Shown: positions 1 through 7,432 of the stretch, piece after piece
Layout of the letters: the number at the start of each line of letters is the position of its first letter
Position numbering within the stretch: the stretch's first letter is position 1
Assembly (NCBI GenBank): GCA_964565895.1
Contig: CAZMGT010000015.1
Location: forward strand, 93-64,092
Origin: an uncultured Armatimonadia bacterium
GTDB taxonomy: Bacteria > Armatimonadota > Zipacnadia > UBA1398 > CAZMGT01
Length of the DNA: 64,000 nt
Direction of reading: 5' to 3'
Made by a program: the position numbers and the translations under genes
Notes under the pieces: generated by a model
What the model saw: the letters and a program-made list of their open reading frames with translations, nothing else
What the model was told of the DNA's origin: nothing
The model's database searches: none

Positions 1-277
1 CATTAAATCGAGCGCCGGGGCGATGTCCGAGGTGTTTATCGGGAGCAGCGCAACGATCGGCCGCGACCCCTCGTGCGACGTTGTGCTCAGCGACGATCCC
101 GCGGTGTCCCGCCACCACGCGGTGATCTTCGCCCGGGGCCACGACTTGATCATTCGCGACGTGGGCTCGTCCAATGGGACATTCGTAAACGGCGAGCGCA
201 TTTCCGAAAAGCGGCTGCACGACGGCGACGCCGTGCAGGTGGGCGAGTCGTGGCTGTTGGTGGAACGGCTACGCTAG
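1..277 (+). CDS. FHA domain protein, 5'-truncated by the window edge (frame open upstream of ATG 23)
   Basis: Canonical FHA motifs IGR...VSRHHA...GSSNGTFVNG...LHDGD; the frame is open from base 2; TAG at 275-277. Confidence 0.9.
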   Translation, partial: IKSSAGAMSEVFIGSSATIGRDPSCDVVLSDDPAVSRHHAVIFARGHDLIIRDVGSSNGTFVNGERISEKRLHDGDAVQVGESWLLVERLR

Positions 278-293
278 CGATGGGTGGCCCTCC

Positions 294-1610
294 GTGCGCG
301 TGCTAAGCTCCACGGTAATTGCCACGCTCGGCGCGTCGCTGGGCGGCATGCTCGGCGAGCTTGTGGCGCGGCACCTCGGCGGGCCACAAAGCGACCCCCT
401 GGCCGTTGCCGCGCACTCCGCGCTGTGGTACGTCGCCCTTGGCGCGGCGCTCGGGACAAGCTTGGGCGCGGCCAATGCCCTGTGGCGCGGGTCGTGGCGC
501 CTCGCTCCCGCTCCGCTGCTCTTGGGCGCCGCGGGCGGCGTCCTCGGGGGCCTCGCCGGCTTGCTTGTCTTTTATCTCGTCGTGTTCTCCGCCGACACCT
601 ACTCCTACGATGCGATCTTCACCGCCGCGCACCGCGGCCGGCTTGCCCCCCTGCTCCTCGCGCGGGCGTGCAGCATGGCCGTGTTGGGGGCGCTCGCCGC
701 GGGCGGGGCGACGCCCGTTGCCCAGTGGCCCACGCGGGGGCAAAGCGCGGCGCTCGGCGGCGGCTTGGGCGGCCTAGCCGCGGGCGTGGCGTTTGAGATG
801 CTGTTCGTCGTCCTCGGCGTGCCCCAGCACGACTCCCCGCTGTTCTCCCAGGTCCGGGCAATGGGCGTGGCGTTTGTGGGCGCGCTTGTTGGCTTGGGCA
901 GCGTAGCCCTCGCCGAGGCGACCAAGCTCGGCGAGCTCGTCGTCCTCGCTGGGATATGCGAGGGCCGGCGCCTGCCCCTGCATCGCGGGCAGAACATCGT
1001 GGGCCGCGCCCCCTCGTGCCAGGTCGCTCTGCCGGAGGAGCTCACGCTCCAACCCTGGCACGCGGCGATCGTTTGGGAGGTCGACCACTTCGTCCTCCAC
1101 GACGCGAGCGGGGGACGCACCCGCGTTAACGGGGAGGTTGTCGCGCGCAGCCCGCTGAAACATGGCGACCGCATTCGCCTGGGCAACGCCATTTTCGCCC
1201 TGGAGCTTGCCTGGCGCGTGCAGCCGGCGGGGATCGCGCAAAGGTCCGCGGCAAGCGTGGAGGAGACCCCCGCGCAGCCCGGCGCTGCTTTCCCCACGCC
1301 CCCCGCGGCCGGCGAGCCGCGCTATCGCCTGCGTGGAGTGCGCGGGGTGCTCGCCGGGCGGGAGTACGTGCTCCAGTCGAGCACGCGCACATTGGGCCGC
1401 CTGCGCAGCGATATTCTCCTTGAGGACCCCGCCGTCTCCCGGCGCCATGCCACGGTGGAGGTCACCGCGCAGGGCGTGACGCTGCGCGACGCAGGCAGCG
1501 CAAACGGCATTATCGTCGGCGGGCGGCGAGTGCAAACGGCGCACCTGCGCCCAGGCGACGAGGTTACCTTGGGCAGCACGGTGTTCGTGCTCGAAAGAGC
1601 GGCGGAGTGA
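294..1610 (+). CDS. Polytopic membrane protein with two C-terminal FHA domains
   Basis: About 210 aa of Gly/Ala/Leu-rich hydrophobic helices, then FHA-1 (VGRAPSC...WHAAI...VNG) and FHA-2 (LGR...VSRRHA...GSANG) joined by a Pro/Ala linker. Confidence 0.85.
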   Translation: MRVLSSTVIATLGASLGGMLGELVARHLGGPQSDPLAVAAHSALWYVALGAALGTSLGAANALWRGSWRLAPAPLLLGAAGGVLGGLAGLLVFYLVVFSADTYSYDAIFTAAHRGRLAPLLLARACSMAVLGALAAGGATPVAQWPTRGQSAALGGGLGGLAAGVAFEMLFVVLGVPQHDSPLFSQVRAMGVAFVGALVGLGSVALAEATKLGELVVLAGICEGRRLPLHRGQNIVGRAPSCQVALPEELTLQPWHAAIVWEVDHFVLHDASGGRTRVNGEVVARSPLKHGDRIRLGNAIFALELAWRVQPAGIAQRSAASVEETPAQPGAAFPTPPAAGEPRYRLRGVRGVLAGREYVLQSSTRTLGRLRSDILLEDPAVSRRHATVEVTAQGVTLRDAGSANGIIVGGRRVQTAHLRPGDEVTLGSTVFVLERAAE

Positions 1611-1648
1611 GCCGAAGAACGTCGGGCCATGCGAACGGAGGGATGCCC

Positions 1649-1993
1649 ATGCCCGAGTGCATCTTTTGCGAAATCGCCCAAAAACGCGCCCAAGCGGACA
1701 TCGTCTACGAGGACGATGACTGCGTGGCCTTCCGCGACATCAACCCTCAGGCGCCCACGCACGTGCTCGTTGTCCCCAAGCGGCACATCGAGTCCCTGTC
1801 CACGCTAACTGCGGAGGACAAGGAGCTTGCGGGAAGCCTTATGCTCGCGGCGGCGAAGGTCGCCGAGCAGTTGGGCATCGTGCAGCCCGGCTATCGCGTG
1901 GTCATTAACACCAACCCCGCCGCAGGGCAAACGGTGTTTCACATCCACCTGCACGTGCTTGGGGGAAGAACGTTTGGCTGGCCGCCGGGCTAG
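1649..1993 (+). CDS. hinT: Histidine triad (HIT) nucleotide-binding protein, HinT/PKCI-like
   Basis: CIFC N-terminus, FRDINPQAPTHVLVVPK, HIHLH triad, GGR.FGWPPG end; GGAGG at 1637-1641 favours ATG 1649 over the ORF-track start 1607. Confidence 0.93.
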   Translation: MPECIFCEIAQKRAQADIVYEDDDCVAFRDINPQAPTHVLVVPKRHIESLSTLTAEDKELAGSLMLAAAKVAEQLGIVQPGYRVVINTNPAAGQTVFHIHLHVLGGRTFGWPPG

Positions 1994-1996
1994 GGG

Positions 1997-3949
1997 CTAG
2001 CTGACGTCCTCGAACAACACGCGCAGCACCTCGCCCACGCTCCACGCCTGCGAGATGCACCCGCGCGGCTCGTGGGGCTCGTCGCCGTCGAAGATCTCGG
2101 CGATGGAGCCCACGCCAAAGTCCGCAGTATGCTCGAGCAGCGGGGCGAGCAGGTCCATGGGGGGCGCGGGGCAGCAGTTGTGGCGCACGCAGGCGCTGAT
2201 AAACGGCCCGATGAGCCAGCTCCACACAGTGCCCTGATGGTAGGCGGTGTCGCGCGCCCAAACGTCGCCGCCATAGCTTCCCGCATAGCCCTCCTCGCCT
2301 GGGGCGAGGGAGCGCAAGCCATAGGGCGTAAGCAGCCTCTCTTGGACGACGCGAAGCATCGCCCGCGCCTCCTCCTCGCTGAGCAGGCTATAGGGCAGGC
2401 TGGCGGCGAAGATTTGGTTTGGGCGAAGCGAGAAGTCCGGCCCCTCCCGCCCTAGGACATCGGCGAGGGCCCCGCTGTTTCGCTCGACAAACTGTTCGCG
2501 AAAGCTCGCGCGGACCTGCTCAGCGAGCGCGTCCCACTGCCCTCCGTCGGCTAGGCCCAGCTTGCGCTCGATTTCCGCCAGGATACGCAACGCGTTATAC
2601 CACAACGCGTTGACCTCCACGGGCTTGCCCCCGCGCGGGGTAACCACGTGGTCGTCCACCTTGGCGTCCATCCAGGTAAGCTGCGTTGTATTGTCCCCCG
2701 CGCAGAGCAGAGCGTCGCTATCTGCGCCAATGCCGTGGCGCGTCCCGCGCTTGTAGGCGCTAACGATGTTCACCAGCGTTGGGTAAACGTCGCGGGCGAG
2801 CGCCAGCCCGCGCTCGGCGTCGGCATATTGGAGGAACTTGTAAAGCGCCACGAAAAACCACAGGGCAACGTCAACGGCGTTATACTCCGGCTTCCCCTCT
2901 TCCTCGGAGAAGCGGTTGGGGAGCATCCCCTCGCTTTCGTGCGCGGCATAGGTGCGCAGGATGCTCTCCGCCTCGTCGATTCTCCCCGTGACCAGGGCGA
3001 TGCCCGGCAGCGAGATAAACACGTCCCGCCCCCAGTCGCCAAACCAGTGATAGCCGGCGATTAGCGAACAGCCGCCCGCGGCGCGGGAGACGAGAAACGT
3101 GTCCGCCGTTTCTAGGAGCAGTTGCACCTGCTCGCTCCCCGGCTCGATGCGCCACAGCCGACGCAGCGACTGCAGCCGCGCCTGCTCCCGCGCCCAACGC
3201 TCGACCACGGGAAGCTCGGCGACCGGCCGGTCGGAGAGAACGATCTCCGCGGGGCGCTCAGGGTCGAGGTCGAGGACGATCACCCCGGGGCAGAACAGGT
3301 CCTCCTCGAAATCCAGCCCGCGGTAGGCCTCGCGCGGGTAGTGGAAGTTGTGATACCAATGCCCCTCCGGGCTAAACGTTCCCCCGGCGAGGTAGATATA
3401 CGTCATGGGCGAATCGGGCAGCCACTGAAACACCAGGCAGTTGTCGCAAACCTCCATGCGCGCGGGAACGTCCGGGGTTACGCGGAGCAGATGGTGGAAG
3501 TTGCGGCACGTGAGCAGCGGCCTAATGGCCAGGGGGACGGTTATCTCGCCCTTCCACTGATAGGTGACCACGGTGGTGTTCTCGCCATGGACCATAAACA
3601 CCGACTTCTCCAGCCGCCCGTTGTCCGTGTCGTAGGTAAACACCACCCTGCTCGGGCGGACATCCACGGCGACGAGCCGGCGATAGCCATCCGGGTAGAC
3701 CGTTCCCGGATAGAAGTTGCTCGACAGGGGAACCTCCCAGCCTTGGCACTCGATGGCATCCTCGAGCTTGGCTACAAGAACCGTGCGCCGGCCGGGGGGA
3801 TCGAGCGCGGCCACGAGCAGGCCATGGTAGCGGCGCGTGTTAATCCCGCACAGGGTGGAGGAGGCGTAGCCCCCGATGCCATTGGCCACGAGCCACTCGC
3901 GGCGGGTGAAAAACTCCAAGTCGGGCTCTGCGCCCCGCTGAAAAACCAT
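1997..3949 (-). CDS. Glycogen debranching enzyme-like amylo-alpha-1,6-glucosidase (GDE_N + GDE_C, archaeal-type)
   Basis: REWLVANGIGGYAS, TRRYHGLL, IAGYHWFGDWGRD, QLTWMDAK...TPRGGKPVEVNALWYNAL, YHQGTVW, PRGCISQAWSVGE. Confidence 0.93.
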   Translation of the reverse strand: MVFQRGAEPDLEFFTRREWLVANGIGGYASSTLCGINTRRYHGLLVAALDPPGRRTVLVAKLEDAIECQGWEVPLSSNFYPGTVYPDGYRRLVAVDVRPSRVVFTYDTDNGRLEKSVFMVHGENTTVVTYQWKGEITVPLAIRPLLTCRNFHHLLRVTPDVPARMEVCDNCLVFQWLPDSPMTYIYLAGGTFSPEGHWYHNFHYPREAYRGLDFEEDLFCPGVIVLDLDPERPAEIVLSDRPVAELPVVERWAREQARLQSLRRLWRIEPGSEQVQLLLETADTFLVSRAAGGCSLIAGYHWFGDWGRDVFISLPGIALVTGRIDEAESILRTYAAHESEGMLPNRFSEEEGKPEYNAVDVALWFFVALYKFLQYADAERGLALARDVYPTLVNIVSAYKRGTRHGIGADSDALLCAGDNTTQLTWMDAKVDDHVVTPRGGKPVEVNALWYNALRILAEIERKLGLADGGQWDALAEQVRASFREQFVERNSGALADVLGREGPDFSLRPNQIFAASLPYSLLSEEEARAMLRVVQERLLTPYGLRSLAPGEEGYAGSYGGDVWARDTAYHQGTVWSWLIGPFISACVRHNCCPAPPMDLLAPLLEHTADFGVGSIAEIFDGDEPHEPRGCISQAWSVGEVLRVLFEDVS

Positions 3950-4056
3950 ACCGGCCCGTCCCCCAATTTACGCAACGAGCGATTTCTCCGACGATTAGGA
4001 AACTCCTGTAAGGCAGGGGTTGCAAGGCATGGGAAATTTTTGCCCAGCGTGCCCCG

Positions 4057-4704
4057 TCAGCCCCCGCGCGCCTCGCGCACCACAGCGACGAACTTCTCCG
4101 CGTTTGCCGTCAGGCGGTCGAAATCGCGGTTTTTGATCGCCTCCTTCTCGACAAGGTTGCTGCCCACGCCGAGGCACGCCGCCCCGGCGCGAATGAATTG
4201 CGCGGCGTTGTCTAAGTTCACCCCGCCCGTGGGGACGAGGGGGATATGGGGCAGGGGCCCGGCCATGTCCTTGATAAACTCCGGCCCAAGCTTTGTCGCG
4301 GGAAATACCTTAACCAGGTCCGCCCCCGCGGTATACGCGGTGAGAATCTCCGTGGGCGTAAACGCTCCGGGAACGACGGGCACGCCGTAGCGGTTGCACA
4401 GGGCGATCGTCTCTACGTTAAGCGTGGGGCTAACGATAAACTCCGCACCAGCAAGGATCGCCGCCCGCGCCGTCTCCGGGTCGAGCACCGTTCCCGCGCC
4501 CACGACAATCTCATCGTCCAGCGCCTTGCGCGTCTCGGAGATCACGCGCAGAGCGTCGGGAACGGTAAACGTAACCTCGATCACATCCACGCCGCCGCGG
4601 GCGATCGCTCGGCCGACCTCGACGAGCACGGTCGGGTCGTCGGAGCGCACGACGGCCATAATGCCGCAGCGGCACAGGCGCTGGGGAGTGATTTTGCTCG
4701 CCAT
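4057..4704 (-). CDS. eda: KDPG/KHG aldolase
   Basis: IEVTF, VGAGTVLD, GAEFIVSP, PGAFTPTEI, LVKVFPA (Schiff-base Lys), PTGGVNLDN. Confidence 0.93.
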   Translation of the reverse strand: MASKITPQRLCRCGIMAVVRSDDPTVLVEVGRAIARGGVDVIEVTFTVPDALRVISETRKALDDEIVVGAGTVLDPETARAAILAGAEFIVSPTLNVETIALCNRYGVPVVPGAFTPTEILTAYTAGADLVKVFPATKLGPEFIKDMAGPLPHIPLVPTGGVNLDNAAQFIRAGAACLGVGSNLVEKEAIKNRDFDRLTANAEKFVAVVREARGG

Positions 4705-4863
4705 GGCGCACCTCCCGCGGTGTGCTCGCTAGGTTTTGCTGCCGCCCAACTTCTCAAAGCGCAGGGGGCAGGCCTTCTTGGGCGAAAAGGGCTGCGCTGC
4801 GGGCCAAGCATGTGGTGGGGGCAAGAAGTTTTTGCCGCGAAGCAGGTGTGGGGCAAAAAGTCG

Positions 4864-4869
4864 TATAAT
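4864..4869 (+). promoter_or_regulatory. Candidate sigma70 -10 element (TATAAT) for the 4971-7384 gene group
   Basis: Exact TATAAT about 100 nt upstream of ATG 4971 in a GC-rich background; no convincing -35 at 17 bp. Confidence 0.45.
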
Positions 4870-4970
4870 AAGGCTGGGCGAACGGAAATTTACGCATTAC
4901 TGCCGGCAAGGCGCGGGGCGGGGGGCTACTCGTTGGCCTCTGCCCGGGAGACGGAGTCGAGAAATTGGCA

Positions 4971-5333
4971 ATGAAGCTGAGCATTACCTGCGACTGTGGG
5001 CATAAGGTCCTGGCCAACGAAATCCTGGACACCGGGTTCTTCTTCTCCCACGGCGAGCTCGTTGGCCTCTATGTCCGATACAAGTGCCACAAATGCGGAG
5101 CGCTGCGCGAGCAGTCGTTCCATCATCCCTCGGGCACGGCGATTACCGAGCGCGCGGCGGTGCGCGCCGTCCCCCGGCGGCGGCGTGTTCCCGCGGGGCC
5201 CATCTCCACCGCCGAGGTGCGCGCGTTCGAGGGCATGCTCTACGGGCTGGACGACGAGCTGCTGCTTAGCTACCTCCGTGCGACAACGCACTTTCCCCGG
5301 CGACGGCGACGCAGGCGCCGGCCTGCTGATTAG
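4971..5333 (+). CDS. Small hypothetical protein with a putative Zn ribbon (CDCGH...CHKCG) and Arg-rich tail
   Basis: Two CxC/CxxC pairs; TAG lies 2 nt before the next GTG, consistent with an operon. Confidence 0.65.
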   Translation: MKLSITCDCGHKVLANEILDTGFFFSHGELVGLYVRYKCHKCGALREQSFHHPSGTAITERAAVRAVPRRRRVPAGPISTAEVRAFEGMLYGLDDELLLSYLRATTHFPRRRRRRRRPAD

Positions 5334-5335
5334 CC

Positions 5336-5950
5336 GTGACCGGCGATTCGTTCTCCCACTACTTCACCGCCCGGCGGCCCAATGAGCGGCGCGCTGAGCG
5401 CACGCTGTTCGTTCGCCTATGTGGGCTCGAGCTCCGTTTGCGCACCGCGGCCGGCGTGTTCTCGCGCCACCGCGTGGACCGCGGCACGGAGCTTATCCTC
5501 GAAGCCGTCCAGGTTCGCCCCGACGAGCGCACGTTAGACCTCGGCTGCGGCTATGGCGTTATGGGCATCGTCGCCGCGCGCCTCGCTCCCCAAGGCTGGG
5601 CGGTGCTTTCGGACATTAACCCCCTCGCCGTGGCCCTTGCTCGCGAGAACATCGCGCTAAACAGCGCGGACAACGCGTGGGCGCTCGTCGCCGACGGTCT
5701 TGAGCCGTTTGCCGACGAGGCGTTTTCGCTCATTTTGTGCAACCCGCCCGTGCGCGCGGGTTGGCGAGTCGTATTTCCGATGATCGACGGCGCCCCGCGC
5801 GTGCTTCGCCCGGGCGGCCGGGCGTTTTTCGTCGCCCGCACGCGCCAGGGCGCGCCCACCTTGCAAAAGCGCCTTGCCGCCGCGTTTGGCAACGCGGAGA
5901 TCGTTAACCGCGGCAGCGGCTATAAGGTCATCCGCGCGGTGAAGGAGTAG
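5336..5950 (+). CDS. Class I SAM-dependent methyltransferase, small-domain (RsmC/YbxB-like)
   Basis: GVFSRHRVDRGTELIL, LDLGCGYG, SDINPLAV, NPPVRAG, RGSGYKV. Confidence 0.9.
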   Translation: MTGDSFSHYFTARRPNERRAERTLFVRLCGLELRLRTAAGVFSRHRVDRGTELILEAVQVRPDERTLDLGCGYGVMGIVAARLAPQGWAVLSDINPLAVALARENIALNSADNAWALVADGLEPFADEAFSLILCNPPVRAGWRVVFPMIDGAPRVLRPGGRAFFVARTRQGAPTLQKRLAAAFGNAEIVNRGSGYKVIRAVKE

Positions 5951-6052
5951 CACGGCACACGTGGCGCGCCGCGCGGGGCAGGTTCCCGCGCCCGCGCAGG
6001 GAAACAGGCGCTGGTGGGCGGGTTAACTCATTTTTTCCCCAGGGAGCGAGCG

Positions 6053-7384
6053 ATGCCTCCGGCAAGACAGTGGCAGTGCGTAGTGTGCGGCTACATCCAC
6101 GAGGGGCCGGCGCCTCCAGCAACCTGCCCGAGCTGCGGCGCGCCATATACGGCGTTTTTGCTCCGCGGGGCGGACGTTAGCGAGAAGTTTCGCGATGTGC
6201 GCCTCGTTGAGCCGCGGCCAGGGGGTTTTCGCTACGTAATCGTGGGCAACAGCTCCGCCGGGCGCGCCGCAGCGCAGGCCATCCGCGCCGTTCACCCCGC
6301 GGGCGCGGTTACCATCGTTTCCGAGGAAAGCGTCCCCTTTTACTACCGCCCCATGCTCCCGGACTTCATCGCAGGAATGCCCGCGCAGCGCCTGTTTGCC
6401 GCGAAAGACGGCGCGAGCGAGGGCGTTGAGCTGCTCGCCGGGGTGCGCGCAGAGCGCGTGGACCCCGAAAAGCGCGCCATTGTCTGCGCGGACGGGCGCA
6501 CCATGGCCTACGATGCCCTGCTCCTCGCCACGGGGGCGAGCGCGGTGACCGTGCCCTGGGCGGGGGCTGAGGGCGAAGGGGTGTTTTACCTCAGGTCCTA
6601 CGCCGACGCCCAACGCATCGCCCAGCGCGCCGCGGGGGCGAAACGCGCCGTGGTTGTCGGGGGAGGCCTTCTCGGGCTGGAGCTCGTCCGCGCATTTTCC
6701 GGCTTGGGCTTAAACATCGTTCTCCTCGTGCGCGAGCCGCACGTGCTTCAGCCCACGGTGGACGAGCCCACCGCCGAGGTCGTCGAAGCCGCCCTCGCCG
6801 CGCAGGGCGTGGAGCTCGCCTTGGAGGAAGAGGTGGTCAGCTTCGCCGTGCGCGACGGCCAGGTGCGCGCGGTGCACACCTCGCGCGGGCGAAGCGTGCC
6901 TTGCGACATCGTTGGCGTGGCTGTCGGCGCGCGCCCGCGCACGGAGCTTGCGGAAAGCGCAGGCGCGCGCGCAGGGGCGGGCGTGATCGTTAACGAAAGG
7001 TTTGAAACGTCTGTTCCCGCGATATTCGCCGCGGGCGACGTGGCCCAGGCATACGATCGAGTTTGGGGCGAGCCGCGGGTGAACACCTCGTGGCGCAACG
7101 CCCAGGAGCAGGGCGAGCTTGCCGGCCTGGCCATGGCCGGAGCCGAGGTGAGCTTTCCGGGCGCCGTGGGCGTTACCTTTCAGCTCGTCGCGGGCCTGCC
7201 GTTTTGCACAATGGGCCTGGCCAACCCGCGTGACCCGGAAAACTACGAGGTCGAGCTTGAGGCGAGCGTAAAAAAGCGCGTCGTGCGCAAGCTCGTGCGC
7301 AGGAAGGGAAAGCTCGTCGGCGCCTGCCTCCTCGGCGACATGTCGCCCGCGCCGGAGCTGGAGCGCGCCCTACGCGGGGACTAG
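6053..7384 (+). CDS. Rubredoxin-like domain fused to an FAD/NAD(P)H oxidoreductase (NROR/NirB-N-like)
   Basis: WQCVVCGYIHEG...CPSCGAP; YVIVGNSSAG; LLLATGA; GGGLLGLE; ETSVPAIFAAGDVA. Confidence 0.9.
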   Translation: MPPARQWQCVVCGYIHEGPAPPATCPSCGAPYTAFLLRGADVSEKFRDVRLVEPRPGGFRYVIVGNSSAGRAAAQAIRAVHPAGAVTIVSEESVPFYYRPMLPDFIAGMPAQRLFAAKDGASEGVELLAGVRAERVDPEKRAIVCADGRTMAYDALLLATGASAVTVPWAGAEGEGVFYLRSYADAQRIAQRAAGAKRAVVVGGGLLGLELVRAFSGLGLNIVLLVREPHVLQPTVDEPTAEVVEAALAAQGVELALEEEVVSFAVRDGQVRAVHTSRGRSVPCDIVGVAVGARPRTELAESAGARAGAGVIVNERFETSVPAIFAAGDVAQAYDRVWGEPRVNTSWRNAQEQGELAGLAMAGAEVSFPGAVGVTFQLVAGLPFCTMGLANPRDPENYEVELEASVKKRVVRKLVRRKGKLVGACLLGDMSPAPELERALRGD

Positions 7385-7432
7385 CGGCGGCTCGCACCCC
7401 GGAGCGGGGCCGGGCTGGGCCGCTCCCCCAGG

